DNA from: Escherichia phage teqsoen
DNA length: 64,000 nucleotides
Sequence record: MN895436.1
Strand: one strand, 5' to 3'
Part shown: positions 8,643 through 19,083 of the stretch, piece by piece
How positions within the stretch are numbered: the stretch's first letter is position 1
Layout: the number at the start of each line of letters is the position of its first letter
The notes under the pieces: generated by a model
Database searches by the model: none
What the model saw: only the letters and a program-made list of their open reading frames with translations
Told to the model about the DNA's origin: nothing
Made by a program: the position numbers and the translations under genes

Positions 8643-9373
8643 TCACCGTTATAATCTTTTTTCACAATATGAGTTTCGCCAGTATTCCACCAATGATCAA
8701 CCAAGTAAAAATGACGAGAATATACATGAAGACTTCCAACATTCCATATAATAGAACCTGCTTTATACTGACGAGTTGAATCGCCTGCATTCAAATCAGA
8801 TACTAATTTATCTAATACGTATTTTTGCCATGCATAATCATTACGGAATCCGAAGACCACGTCATTTGAGCGCATGCTTACTACTGCATTGACTTTCTTA
8901 TCACGAATCAGGTACTGTACTGTATTCGTACACATGAAATCTGACATACCATCTTTATTGTAGTCAAATTGCATGGATGGACGAGTATAAATCATGATAC
9001 CACGTCGAGAATCAGGATTTTGACCAAGTTCAGCTAAACACATATCATACTGGGCATAGTTATCTTCTGACCAGATAGCCCAACCGTAATTTGAGTTAAT
9101 TTCACCTTTAGAAGATGCTACTTGTTGCCAAATCTTCGGTGTTTCACCCGGAATATCTTTAACAAACAGACTTTGAGACTTGTACCATTCAAGTTCACGC
9201 TGAATGTATTCATCATTAAGAGCGCCAAAAATAAACGGTTCATCTGCTACAAATGATGCGCCAATAATTTCAATAGTTTTAACACCAGTTTTATCAACTA
9301 CGAAATCTTTTTCCTTTAATGCAGTTCCCAAATGAAGACGGATTTCTTCAACTGTCATAGAGTCACTAATCAT
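8633..9373 (-). CDS. 42: dCMP hydroxymethylase (gene 42)
   Basis: 246 aa, thymidylate-synthase-like; T4 gp42 length and position. Confidence 0.9.
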   Translation of the reverse strand: MISDSMTVEEIRLHLGTALKEKDFVVDKTGVKTIEIIGASFVADEPFIFGALNDEYIQRELEWYKSQSLFVKDIPGETPKIWQQVASSKGEINSNYGWAIWSEDNYAQYDMCLAELGQNPDSRRGIMIYTRPSMQFDYNKDGMSDFMCTNTVQYLIRDKKVNAVVSMRSNDVVFGFRNDYAWQKYVLDKLVSDLNAGDSTRQYKAGSIIWNVGSLHVYSRHFYLVDHWWNTGETHIVKKDYNGEWK

Positions 9374-9526
9374 TTAAACCTCAATTGATACATTCATATT
9401 TAACTTGTAACAGTAATAAACCCCAACCTAAAATAATAGTTGGAATCATAAGAGGAACCGTTACACTATAGTATATACTTATTATAATCATCAAGATTAA
9501 AAGCAATGCTGATATAATTTTGCTTT

Positions 9527-9778
9527 TCATTCCTTCTCTCTGATGATAATTACCTGATTTGGCTGCGCAGACTTTTTAGTTTCACCTGCAATTGACCAAA
9601 TAAATGTAATAAACCAACCAATAATTGACCAGTTAAACAGTAAAGATGTGAAAAAGATTCCTACTGTCGATTTTGACCCACGCATCAAGGCGATAAACCA
9701 TGGAAGCATGTATATAATAATAGCCAACACGCCTGAAACTAAAACCATAAAAATTGAACCTGCTACTAAAGTTTCCAT
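9527..9778 (-). CDS. imm: Imm superinfection immunity membrane protein
   Basis: 83 aa, two TM helices; T4 Imm length and position. Confidence 0.85.
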   Translation of the reverse strand: METLVAGSIFMVLVSGVLAIIIYMLPWFIALMRGSKSTVGIFFTSLLFNWSIIGWFITFIWSIAGETKKSAQPNQVIIIREKE

Positions 9779-9785
9779 GTTTTCC

Positions 9786-10166
9786 TCACTTAGTCAAATT
9801 TTTTACACATGAATTATAAGAATTCACTACATACTCCATCGGAGCATTTTTACCAGTACGCCATTGGTAATTATTAGCCCAATTAGCCCAAAGCTCGGCG
9901 CAGTAGTTTTCAATTTTTTCTTCGCGTGTAATTACATCCGAATTACGATATGCTTGAGCAGATTCATCTGGACGAATAGCTTCGTCAAAATTCGCCTGCA
10001 TTTGTTCGACTGTTTGCTTTGGAGCTTCTTTATAACACTTGACATTAGGATTATAAAATTTGCTTGAACAGTTTACAATTTTTCCTACATCAGACTGATT
10101 TACTACCGGTCCTTGAGCTACACAACCAGTAAGACCTAATGCAATAACCAAAATAGCGATTTTCAT
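9786..10166 (-). CDS. putative lipoprotein
   Basis: 126 aa; signal peptide with lipobox LTGC. Confidence 0.6.
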   Translation of the reverse strand: MKIAILVIALGLTGCVAQGPVVNQSDVGKIVNCSSKFYNPNVKCYKEAPKQTVEQMQANFDEAIRPDESAQAYRNSDVITREEKIENYCAELWANWANNYQWRTGKNAPMEYVVNSYNSCVKNLTK

Positions 10167-10176
10167 AATAATTTCC

Positions 10177-10413
10177 TCAAATGCAAGTAGTAATTACTCC
10201 AGTAGTGCTTATGCAGGTATTACCCATTTGCACACCTAAAGATCCATTTGTATTCACATGAAGATTATCATCAATTTTAACTGATATTTTACCATTAGTG
10301 TGAATAACAGTGCTAGATTCAATCACAGGTTGAGTATCATTTTCAACACTAACAAATGGAACTGCTGCTAATGCAACTAAACAAACTGCTAAGCATCCCA
10401 TAACAATTTTCAT
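10177..10413 (-). CDS. small secreted protein
   Basis: 78 aa from ATG 10413 (GGAGA RBS) downstream of promoter; track ORF extends upstream through the promoter. Confidence 0.5.
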   Translation of the reverse strand: MKIVMGCLAVCLVALAAVPFVSVENDTQPVIESSTVIHTNGKISVKIDDNLHVNTNGSLGVQMGNTCISTTGVITTCI

Positions 10414-10450
10414 TTTATTCTCCAAATCCGTATCAGTAGTTGATAGTTGT

Positions 10451-10480
10451 ATAGTACCATAGAAGAACAGGGATGTAAAC
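10451..10480 (-). promoter_or_regulatory. early promoter cassette
   Basis: GTTTAC, 18 nt, TGgTACTAT; A/T-rich upstream element; near-identical copy at 52879-52908. Confidence 0.7.
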
Positions 10481-10564
10481 AGTTTTGTGAAAAAAATTTT
10501 TAGGGAATCCAAAGGGTCCAGAATCATCTCTTTTTCATAAGTATAGATTTATATTACTTGTATG

Positions 10565-10585
10565 AAAAAGGGACCTGGAGGTCCC
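10565..10585 (-). terminator. hairpin terminator downstream of gene 43
   Basis: GGGACC-TGGA-GGTCCC followed by T-run on minus strand. Confidence 0.65.
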
Positions 10586-10598
10586 TAGATTTATTCTA

Positions 10599-13295
10599 TC
10601 AGCCAAACAGGAAGTCTAACGAAGCTTTTTCTTCATAGTCCATGCCAGCCGATTCACACATACCCGCAAGCGGTTTAACAAACGATTTTTGGAACAAAGT
10701 TGAGTGGTCAATCCAAGATAGCACATCAGAACGAATTTCTTTTGGAAGTTCTGTACCCGATGGCCAAGCAATGCACTTGTCACCAAATGGATTTCCTTCA
10801 CGTAATGGAAGAACCATTACTTTATTTCCATCCAAAATTGGAGCTACACCCAGACCACTAACAGCTCGACGATAAGTTAGCACACCGCGAATATGGAACG
10901 GGCATTTAAATCCTGGCCAACCTTTATCATCATATTTCGCTATATCGTTCGCAGTTTTTACTTCAGCAATAACTTTATAGTCAAGTTGACGATATTCTTT
11001 CTCGAAGTTCTTGTAGTATTCTTGGACAGACTCTTCACCTTCCTGAAGAATACGACGAATACTTTCTTCGAGAGCTTCTTGGACCGCTTTAGGCGTTGAA
11101 CTCTGCTGAGTTTCCATACCCATGATTTTTAGATGTGGTTCAGCAAAACGCTTATCTTCCATATCATAAACGTTCAGAGCATAACGCTTTTTCGCTTTCC
11201 AAAATCCACCAACGCCCTTTGAACCAAGTGGAGGGCAAGAAATAGCTTCACGGTCCATATGCATCAGATGCTCGCGGTTATTCATATAATCACATAACTC
11301 ACGATATGCAACATCAATCATAGGTTCCATCTTTTTCTTACCGAACTGATTCATAAATTCAACCAAATCGTTCTGCTCTTTGAATCGGTCAAGACCTACT
11401 TTTTCAATAACTTTATCTACGCAAACATATACTGAATCAGTATCACCTGCTGCGATGAAATCTTCGCCATTAGTTCCGCATACTTTATTCAGATATTCAT
11501 TAATTTTACGAGCAATCCACTGAATACCAACTTGGCCGAAAATTGTGATAGCAGTAGCATTTCGCAAATCATAGTAACGGAAATGAATATTACCAAGAGC
11601 ACCATAAAGGCTGTTAATGAGAATTTTACGGTTCAGCTGATTTGTATTAGCAAGTGTAGCCGCTTTTTCACATTCCTCAATCAGACTATTGAGAACAGAT
11701 TCAGTATAATTCGATAGTTCATTTAAGAAATCATCACTGAACTTAACATATCGTTCAACTTCAGGTTTAGTTGAACAAGACCCTGCGCCTTTCATAATAA
11801 TCTTTTTAATAGCTTCGGCATTCATTTCTTCAGCGAACATTTTCTTTTTCCAATCTTTACGCTGGAAAAATACTTTAGCGATTTCCTTTGGAATGATACC
11901 TTCTTGATGCTTATCATACATCCATCCATTCGGAGAACAAGAATATTCATCACTTGGTTTAGGAGCTGTTCCTGCGATATATTCATGAATTGGATGAACT
12001 TTAAACTGACCACGAATAGTCTCAGGACTAATGTTAACCTGACGAATAATGCTCGGATACAGAGACGTCAAGTCAAAACTCATAATATATCGACGAGCAA
12101 TTGGTTTAGGTTCAAATACGAATGCACCCGGAAAACTCTGTTTAACGTGCGAACCTTGTTGAGGAATAACCTTATGTTCACCTTTCAATGAGTTAAAAAT
12201 AATGGCATCCCAGGTTTTAATAGGACTCATTACACCAGAAAAAGGCATTTTAGCGTAATAAGACATACTTAAAACTAGATCGATAAACCCGCGAATTTTA
12301 TCAATTGCTTGAACTGATTCTACGTCAATGATGTTATAACTAATGTATCGTTGATGATTAGTCTCACGAAGTTTATTAATAGGACCGTCGTATGGTAATT
12401 TACCTTTTTTGGTTTCATGTTGAGCAACTGATTCCAAAGAGAATGACGGCAAATTAGTAAATGCGAATTTCTTATACAAATCTAAATAATCAAGAATAGA
12501 TACGCCATCAATAGAATAAATTTCTTTGCTACCGTACATATTTTGGATAAGTTTAGATTTTACTCGACCGATTGGAGAGAAGCGTTTCATACTACGTTCA
12601 CCGAGAACCATTTTAACGCGATTCATGATATACGGAACGTCAAATCCCTCAATATTCCAACCAGTAAAAATAGCAGGTCGTTTCTGTTCCCAGAGATTGA
12701 TATATTCCATGAGCATATCACGCTCATTATCGAATGGCATATAAATTACTCGGTCAAGAATTTCTTGAGGAACTTCATCACCACCTTCACAGTCAAGCTT
12801 AGCAGCTAACTTTGCATCCCATTTTGATACTGAACCATACATTGAATTCAAAAGGTCGAAAACATAAAAACGATCATCAATTGAATCGTAATGAGTGATA
12901 GCATCAATTTCATATTCAGCTTTCATTGGGTCAGGAAATTTATCACCAGTAACCTCAATGTCACAGTTAGCTACACGAACAAATTTTCGGTCATAAACAA
13001 TTTCTGAACCGTATGTATCACTGATATAAGCGAGTTTAAAATCGTTCATACCGAGAGCTTCGAGACCGATGTCTTCCATTCGTTTCATCCAATCTCGAGC
13101 ATCTTTCATTGATGGAAATTTTTGAGGAGCGCAGTTTTTACCATAGATGTCTTTGTACTTTGACTCTTCCTTACAATGCCTAAACATAGTTGGAAGATAT
13201 TCTACTTCACGAGTACGTTCCTTTCCATTTTCATCAATATAACGTTCAACAATATTATTTCCGACTGTTTCAATAGAGATATAAAATTCTTTCAT
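10599..13295 (-). CDS. 43: DNA polymerase (gene 43)
   Basis: 898 aa family-B polymerase; T4 gp43 length; motifs DxxSLYPS, YGDTDS. Confidence 0.96.
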   Translation of the reverse strand: MKEFYISIETVGNNIVERYIDENGKERTREVEYLPTMFRHCKEESKYKDIYGKNCAPQKFPSMKDARDWMKRMEDIGLEALGMNDFKLAYISDTYGSEIVYDRKFVRVANCDIEVTGDKFPDPMKAEYEIDAITHYDSIDDRFYVFDLLNSMYGSVSKWDAKLAAKLDCEGGDEVPQEILDRVIYMPFDNERDMLMEYINLWEQKRPAIFTGWNIEGFDVPYIMNRVKMVLGERSMKRFSPIGRVKSKLIQNMYGSKEIYSIDGVSILDYLDLYKKFAFTNLPSFSLESVAQHETKKGKLPYDGPINKLRETNHQRYISYNIIDVESVQAIDKIRGFIDLVLSMSYYAKMPFSGVMSPIKTWDAIIFNSLKGEHKVIPQQGSHVKQSFPGAFVFEPKPIARRYIMSFDLTSLYPSIIRQVNISPETIRGQFKVHPIHEYIAGTAPKPSDEYSCSPNGWMYDKHQEGIIPKEIAKVFFQRKDWKKKMFAEEMNAEAIKKIIMKGAGSCSTKPEVERYVKFSDDFLNELSNYTESVLNSLIEECEKAATLANTNQLNRKILINSLYGALGNIHFRYYDLRNATAITIFGQVGIQWIARKINEYLNKVCGTNGEDFIAAGDTDSVYVCVDKVIEKVGLDRFKEQNDLVEFMNQFGKKKMEPMIDVAYRELCDYMNNREHLMHMDREAISCPPLGSKGVGGFWKAKKRYALNVYDMEDKRFAEPHLKIMGMETQQSSTPKAVQEALEESIRRILQEGEESVQEYYKNFEKEYRQLDYKVIAEVKTANDIAKYDDKGWPGFKCPFHIRGVLTYRRAVSGLGVAPILDGNKVMVLPLREGNPFGDKCIAWPSGTELPKEIRSDVLSWIDHSTLFQKSFVKPLAGMCESAGMDYEEKASLDFLFG

Positions 13296-13355
13296 AGATA
13301 TTCCTTAGTTTATAGCCCGAGTTATTAGGCTCTTGATATATTATACTCCAAATAA

Positions 13356-13369
13356 GGGGCCGAAGCCCC
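13356..13369. terminator. GC hairpin (GGGGC-CGAA-GCCCC), possibly bidirectional
   Basis: perfect hairpin flanked by T-rich sequence on both strands, between regA-side ORF and gene 43. Confidence 0.55.
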
Positions 13370-13375
13370 TTTGCT

Positions 13376-13612
13376 TTAAATTTCTATTGTACGACGCGAT
13401 ATAACGGACTTGCCATCTGTATTTGTGGTTTTGATAATCGCATGAAATGCGCGTTGGCGTGGGTAAACTAATCGTTGGAATTCTTTTTGGAATTCTATTT
13501 GTTTATCTTCCGGGAGGTCAAAAACCAGTTGGGTAGAAGACAGACCATATGTTTGTTTTAGATTTTCGAATATTAGAAAAGCTTCGGTAAACTGAATCTC
13601 TGATTGTGTCAT
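13376..13612 (-). CDS. hypothetical protein
   Basis: 78 aa from internal ATG 13612; track start overlaps regA. Confidence 0.45.
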   Translation of the reverse strand: MTQSEIQFTEAFLIFENLKQTYGLSSTQLVFDLPEDKQIEFQKEFQRLVYPRQRAFHAIIKTTNTDGKSVISRRTIEI

Positions 13613-13622
13613 ATAATTTACC

Positions 13623-13991
13623 TTAATTACCAATCGTATATTTAGGAACGAGTTTCCATTCATGTTTTTGTTTAAAAGAAATAACTCGGAAGTTATTAGT
13701 TAAATCTTTCATAAAAGTTCTTTGACCAGGAACGATTTCAATCAGTCCCCAATCTTCTAACAGCCATGCAATCGAATCACGACGAACTTCATCTTCTTCT
13801 GTCATTTCAACTTGGCGACCATCCATACGAAGCATTTCTTTAAAATGAACGATATAGTATAGTCCTTTTTTCTGAAGAATATGACAGGACTGATACAGAA
13901 CTTTATCTTTATTATTAGCAATTCCCATACGAGTCAAAGTTTCTTTTACTTTCAGAAAATCTTCAGGTTTTTTAAGAGTAATTTCAATCAT
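13623..13991 (-). CDS. regA: RegA translational repressor
   Basis: 122 aa, matches T4 RegA (MIEITLKKPEDFLKVKETLTRMG...). Confidence 0.9.
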   Translation of the reverse strand: MIEITLKKPEDFLKVKETLTRMGIANNKDKVLYQSCHILQKKGLYYIVHFKEMLRMDGRQVEMTEEDEVRRDSIAWLLEDWGLIEIVPGQRTFMKDLTNNFRVISFKQKHEWKLVPKYTIGN

Positions 13992-13992
13992 T

Positions 13993-14556
13993 TTACCATT
14001 CCAATGCTAGTTTTTTGAGTTGTTTCTGTTCTTTTACGTTCTTAGTCACTTCTTTCAAAAAATCATCCGTGACTAAACCTTTTAGTTCTTTTAATACTAA
14101 AGGAAGTTTTCCATTTTTAGTAAGAATTGATTTATAGTTAATTGCATCATTTGTATTAACTTGATACCGCTTAGCAAGTAACTTAATAATCAATACTTCG
14201 GTGGAATCTTCAACCAGTTTTGCCCATTTACCATATCTTTTACCACGAGGAACTGCAGCCATCAGATAATTAAAATGAGCTTCATCACTTAAGCCTGATC
14301 CAATTAAATTCATAGCATATACAGCTGGCATGCACTCTGGAAATTGTGATAATGCATTTTCAACCATGAATTTTGAATAATCTTTTTGAGCAATAGAGCA
14401 TTTAGTTTTATTATTAATAGCTCCAATTATTTCAAAAAATTCATTTTCAGCTTTTTCTTTAAAAGTATCAGCAGCAGATTGGACAGCTGTCCAATCTTTT
14501 GAATACCAAGCAACTTGATGCTCGTTTAATTGAATATCATCTTCAAATAAGCTCAT
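13993..14556 (-). CDS. 62: clamp loader small subunit (gene 62)
   Basis: 187 aa from [14 protein letters not shown]; ATG 1 nt after gp44 stop. Confidence 0.88.
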   Translation of the reverse strand: MSLFEDDIQLNEHQVAWYSKDWTAVQSAADTFKEKAENEFFEIIGAINNKTKCSIAQKDYSKFMVENALSQFPECMPAVYAMNLIGSGLSDEAHFNYLMAAVPRGKRYGKWAKLVEDSTEVLIIKLLAKRYQVNTNDAINYKSILTKNGKLPLVLKELKGLVTDDFLKEVTKNVKEQKQLKKLALEW

Positions 14557-14557
14557 A

Positions 14558-15517
14558 TCACTTCCACTGCATTTCACATGCTAATTGAATGAAAAGATAA
14601 GCTAAATGTAATTCAGTGTTAGCTGCAATACCATGATACTGATTATTTTCGCCGACAATTTCGTACATACGAATAATACTCTGTGGAGTTACACGTGAAT
14701 AGATTTCTTCGGCAAGTTTACCCACGAACCACGAATAATCAGCCGCATATTTTGGTGCTAAAGCTCTGAGTTGTTTAACATCTTTATTTTTGAGAGACTC
14801 AAGAACATCATCAATAGCACCACGATCGTTAGTAACCAGTGATAAAATACCAGCATCCAAAACACCTTTAGATGAATAACTATCGAGCTCGCCAATAGTT
14901 TTACGAAAATCAGGAAAATTCTTTTTAACCAAAGCTGCTACAACTTTCATATCAGCTATAGCAATTCCTTCATGCTTACAGATTTCAGTTAACCGACGAA
15001 TCATCTGCTTCATCATTTCAATTTTATCTTCATCGGTCGGTTGACCGAACGTAATAACTCGGCAGCGTGACTGAAGTGGTTTAATAATACCATCAATATT
15101 GTTAGCAGTAATAATAATACTACAGTTTGAACTATAAGCTTCCATAAAGGAACGAAGATGTCGCTGAGATTCTGCTAAACCTGAACGGTCAAATTCATCA
15201 ATAACAATTACCTTTTGACGACCATCAAATGAAGCTGCACTCGCAAAATTAGTTAAAGGACCACGAACGAAATCAATTTTACAGTCTGATCCATTTACAA
15301 ACATCATATCAGCATTTACATCATGGCACAATGCTTTTGCTACAGTTGTTTTACCTGTTCCTGGAGAAGGAGAATGAAGAATAATATGTGGAATCTTACC
15401 TTTACTTGTAATAGATTTAAAGGTTTCTTTATCAAAGGCGGGAAGAATACATTCATCGATAGTAGATGGACGATATTTCTGTTCAAGAATGTGTTCTTTT
15501 TCATTTACGGTAATCAT
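14558..15517 (-). CDS. 44: clamp loader ATPase subunit (gene 44)
   Basis: 319 aa from MITVNEKEH (GAGGAAA RBS); Walker A GTGKTT. Confidence 0.92.
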
Positions 15518-15552
15518 AATTTCCTCATTCAAGTTTTAGTGTAAATTATAAA

Positions 15553-15564
15553 GGGCCGAAGCCC
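15553..15564 (-). terminator. GC hairpin between 45 and 44
   Basis: GGGC-CGAA-GCCC followed by T-rich run on minus strand. Confidence 0.45.
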
Positions 15565-15568
15565 TCTA

Positions 15569-16255
15569 TTAAAAATCGTGGGTGGAATCAGCTTCAAGAG
15601 CTACTACATAATTCGCATGTTCACCTTCAAATTTAGCAGCGCCTTGTTTACCTTTTGCCCAAAGCAGAAGTTTATAATTTCCTGGTTGCATTTTCATATT
15701 TGCCATATTGATAATGAAATTAAATGTATTTTCACCATCATAATCACCAAGAGTCAAAGAATATTTAACACGAGTCAAAGCAGAATCTTCTACTTTATTA
15801 AAACCGTTAATTACGATTTTACCTTCTTTTACTGTGATAGCAATTGTATCAATCTGCAGACCACGAGATACACGCAACAGTTGTTGAAGGTCTTCAGCTT
15901 TAATTTCAGTAACAACAGATGCTACCGGGAATGGAATTGGTTTATTAGGAGCAACTACTGTACTCGGATCGGCTGCTGGCCAAAAAATTGTTGAACGGGC
16001 ATCAGCAATTTTAATATTTCCATCTTCTGACTGGGAAATTTCTGCATCATCATTAACTAGAGACAGAATACCGAGAAAACCGTTCAAATCGTAAATTGCT
16101 ACATCAAAATCAATAACGTCAGAAATATTTGCTTCCGCATAAGTTGTACCATTAACTGCGCGAGTCATAATAAATTGACCGGATTTAAGCATAATACCGG
16201 AGTTAATAGTAGCGAAATTTTTAAGCAGAGCAGTAGTATCTTTAGACAGTTTCAT
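15569..16255 (-). CDS. 45: sliding clamp (gene 45)
   Basis: 228 aa; T4 gp45 length and position. Confidence 0.92.
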   Translation of the reverse strand: MKLSKDTTALLKNFATINSGIMLKSGQFIMTRAVNGTTYAEANISDVIDFDVAIYDLNGFLGILSLVNDDAEISQSEDGNIKIADARSTIFWPAADPSTVVAPNKPIPFPVASVVTEIKAEDLQQLLRVSRGLQIDTIAITVKEGKIVINGFNKVEDSALTRVKYSLTLGDYDGENTFNFIINMANMKMQPGNYKLLLWAKGKQGAAKFEGEHANYVVALEADSTHDF

Positions 16256-16310
16256 GTAATTTCCTTCAATTCAAATGAGATTTAATTTTATAACTAATTT
16301 AATAAAGCAA

Positions 16311-16700
16311 TTAACGATTAAAATCAGCCGCAATTGTTTCCGCAACAATTTGAGCAGCAACAATTAGACGTTCATCTGCATTACCACAATAATCATCTTC
16401 AAGGCGTTCACCACATGAAGTCATAATAAATTTAGCACCGGCGTTTAGGGATTCTGTAGTATGTTTGCGCATTAGTTCAATCCATTTATTACTTACTTCA
16501 CGATCGATAGCTTCATAATACGCATGACGAGCAGGTGCAGATTTAATTTTGTTCTGAATAACTTCCATTGCGTTATCAGAAAGAGACAAAACCCATGCTC
16601 GACGAATTTTATTTTGGTTTTGTGGATTTGATTCAGAACGCACGTGTTTTGGCTGAATATCTTTTACGTCAACAGTATAATTCACAGTAATTTTAGTCAT
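16311..16700 (-). CDS. rpbA: RNA polymerase binding protein RpbA-like
   Basis: 129-aa ORF immediately after gene 45, T4 RpbA length. Confidence 0.7.
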
Positions 16701-16709
16701 AATACACCT

Positions 16710-16898
16710 TTAGTCATAATAATCAGTAACAGTCCAAGCTTCATTTCTATTGGACATTATTTTTGTATATTCTGCTTTAAATGCATTCCTAAGCATAGAT
16801 TCAGTAACTATATGCTCTTCATTAGAAAAATTATTTCTCAGAATATATCGTTTTATTTCAGGAAAAGTTAATAAATGCTGTCCAGTTGAATATTCCAT
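16710..16898 (-). CDS. hypothetical protein
   Basis: 62-aa ORF between 46 and rpbA. Confidence 0.5.
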   Translation of the reverse strand: MEYSTGQHLLTFPEIKRYILRNNFSNEEHIVTESMLRNAFKAEYTKIMSNRNEAWTVTDYYD

Positions 16899-16953
16899 GT
16901 TTTTCCTCCATAGAGATTATACTCTAATAAATTAAAGCATAATCTCTTATAAA

Positions 16954-18636
16954 TTAAACCATTACAGTAAATCGACCAACTTTCTTCATTTGAAGATGCT
17001 GACCGTATGCTTGTGGGTCATGGTCTCTATGCGAAATAACAAAAACATTAGTATTTTTTAAACTATCTAAAATAGTTGAAATAGCTTTTACACCTTCAAC
17101 GTCGGTCGCTGAATCAAAAACTTCATCAAGAATTAGTGTGTTTATTTTAACACCTGAAACTTTTTCAGCAATATCACGCCAAGTAAATAAAAGAGCAATA
17201 TCAATTCGCGCTTTTTCACCTTGACTGAATGAAGCATAACTAAAATCTTCACGACCACGGGATTTAATTGTCTCATTAAATTCTTCATCTAATGTAAACA
17301 CATAATCCGCTTCCATTATTTTAAGATAATGGTTAATCTGCTTATTAAATAATGGAATGTACTTTTTAATAATAGCACCTTTAATACCAGAATCTTTGAG
17401 CATATCAGTCAAAATTCCTCGGTGGTATTTTTCCATTACTAAATTAGTTTTTGTCTTAACAATTTTATCAAGTTCTTCTTGAAGCAGTGCTATTTCATCA
17501 GCATGGTCAATAAACTCAGAAGATGCTTTTTCTATAGCTGCTTTAACTTTTTTAGCTTTATCTACTGTCGTGATTAGAGATTGCTTTTTATTGCGAATAT
17601 CATTTGCCAACGACTGCTGGGTTTTAATATTATCTCGGTATTCATCAACAAGAACTTTTAAATTATCACGGTGTGTTGAAAGCTGTTCAAACGAATGCGT
17701 GCATTCAGAAACTTTATCTTTAATTTTAGAAACAACTTTATCACCGGAACTCAATTGTGACAAACAGGTTGGACATAATCCACCTTCGTGATACATATTA
17801 ATGACTTTATTATACGAGTCAATTTTTGATTTAATTAAAACTGCTTCTTGACCGATTTTATTAAATGCATCAGTCGGGTCTTCGTCTAAAACAATATTAA
17901 CTAATCTTTCATTAGCTTCTTCTATTTCCGATTTTAGCGTTCTAGCTTCTTTTGCCAAATCATCATACATATTTTGCAGACGAGTAAGATTGTCACCCGT
18001 TAATTTTTTCTGGCGTTCAACGTTATCATTATATATTTTAATTTGTTGGATAATACTATCTTTTTTAACATCAAGCACTTGGTTTTGTGAATTTAATTCA
18101 CGTATTAGTGCTTTATTAAGCTTATCCATTTCAGCTAATGTTCCTACCTCAAGCAGGTCTTCCACAAGCTTTCTTCGTGCAGGGGTCGACAAACCCATGA
18201 AAGGGGTATACCCTGCTGTACCAAGGACAACAATCTGCTTGAAACTGGCATATGACATTCCGATAAGCTGTTCAAATTCTGCTTGGAAATCTTTACTGCT
18301 GGCAGATTCATTAAGACGTGTACCGTTAACGGTGATTTCGAAAACGTTTGGTTTTTGTCCTCTTTTGATATAGTACTTTTTCTCATCATATTCCATCCAC
18401 AGTTCAACTAAAAGTTCTTTCTTATTTGTGCTGTTTATTAATTGACCTTTCTTTACATCACGAAATGGTTTGCCAAAAAGCCCAAATGTGATGGCTTCTA
18501 ACATAGTAGACTTACCACCGCCATTTCGTCCAGTAATAAGAGTTTTTTGAACCTTATCTAATTGAATGTCAATAGGATTTCCACCTACTGACATTATATT
18601 TTGATACCTAACTCGGTTTAGTTTAAAATTCTTCAC
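16954..18636 (-). CDS. 46: recombination nuclease ATPase subunit (gene 46, Rad50/SbcC-like)
   Basis: 560 aa; Walker A GRNGGGKST, coiled-coil middle, CPTC hook. Confidence 0.94.
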   Translation of the reverse strand: MKNFKLNRVRYQNIMSVGGNPIDIQLDKVQKTLITGRNGGGKSTMLEAITFGLFGKPFRDVKKGQLINSTNKKELLVELWMEYDEKKYYIKRGQKPNVFEITVNGTRLNESASSKDFQAEFEQLIGMSYASFKQIVVLGTAGYTPFMGLSTPARRKLVEDLLEVGTLAEMDKLNKALIRELNSQNQVLDVKKDSIIQQIKIYNDNVERQKKLTGDNLTRLQNMYDDLAKEARTLKSEIEEANERLVNIVLDEDPTDAFNKIGQEAVLIKSKIDSYNKVINMYHEGGLCPTCLSQLSSGDKVVSKIKDKVSECTHSFEQLSTHRDNLKVLVDEYRDNIKTQQSLANDIRNKKQSLITTVDKAKKVKAAIEKASSEFIDHADEIALLQEELDKIVKTKTNLVMEKYHRGILTDMLKDSGIKGAIIKKYIPLFNKQINHYLKIMEADYVFTLDEEFNETIKSRGREDFSYASFSQGEKARIDIALLFTWRDIAEKVSGVKINTLILDEVFDSATDVEGVKAISTILDSLKNTNVFVISHRDHDPQAYGQHLQMKKVGRFTVMV

Positions 18637-18896
18637 AAAAGATTCCTTTTAATGTATCTTTTAGACCATTCTATCATATCATCATAATCTAAAAAGTATT
18701 CATCAAATTCAGCCATGCAAACAACACCTTGTGCTGCTTTTGATGTGATATAAATTATTCCAACATATCTAGAATCTTCTTCGGTATAATCAATATTTGC
18801 TATGAATTCATCATTAATGTCAAATGTCGAAAACTTCACAGTATGCATCCTTAATACAAGATACAGCCATATCTTGTAATGATTTAGGTGTGTCAT
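18633..18896 (-). CDS. hypothetical protein
   Basis: 87-aa ORF; true start uncertain (overlaps next ORF). Confidence 0.4.
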   Translation of the reverse strand: MTHLNHYKIWLYLVLRMHTVKFSTFDINDEFIANIDYTEEDSRYVGIIYITSKAAQGVVCMAEFDEYFLDYDDMIEWSKRYIKRNLL

Positions 18897-19083
18897 TATC
18901 TAAAATGTTGAAGTTAAAAGATACAGCCCAGTCAGTGCAGACCGTAACCTTTTTAATACAATTATCTTCAACCTCTAACGGTTCAAACCAATATTCAATA
19001 ATTTCTTTATGACCAATATCATCTTTTACTTCGCATTCAAAATGCTGACTCATCATAACATTTTTAAATTCATCAAAAGTCAT
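18820..19083 (-). CDS. hypothetical protein
   Basis: 87-aa acidic ORF, start overlaps gene 47 stop. Confidence 0.5.
   Translation of the reverse strand: MTFDEFKNVMMSQHFECEVKDDIGHKEIIEYWFEPLEVEDNCIKKVTVCTDWAVSFNFNILDNDTPKSLQDMAVSCIKDAYCEVFDI

Noticed and set aside
15578-15994. 138-aa plus-strand ORF antisense to gene 45, and similar plus-strand ORFs at 4981-5211, 6994-7188, 11904-12191, 17990-18373, 19672-19896, 36406-36645, 51370-51915
   Set aside because: Lie entirely inside well-supported minus-strand genes, have no RBS and low-complexity composition; shadow ORFs.
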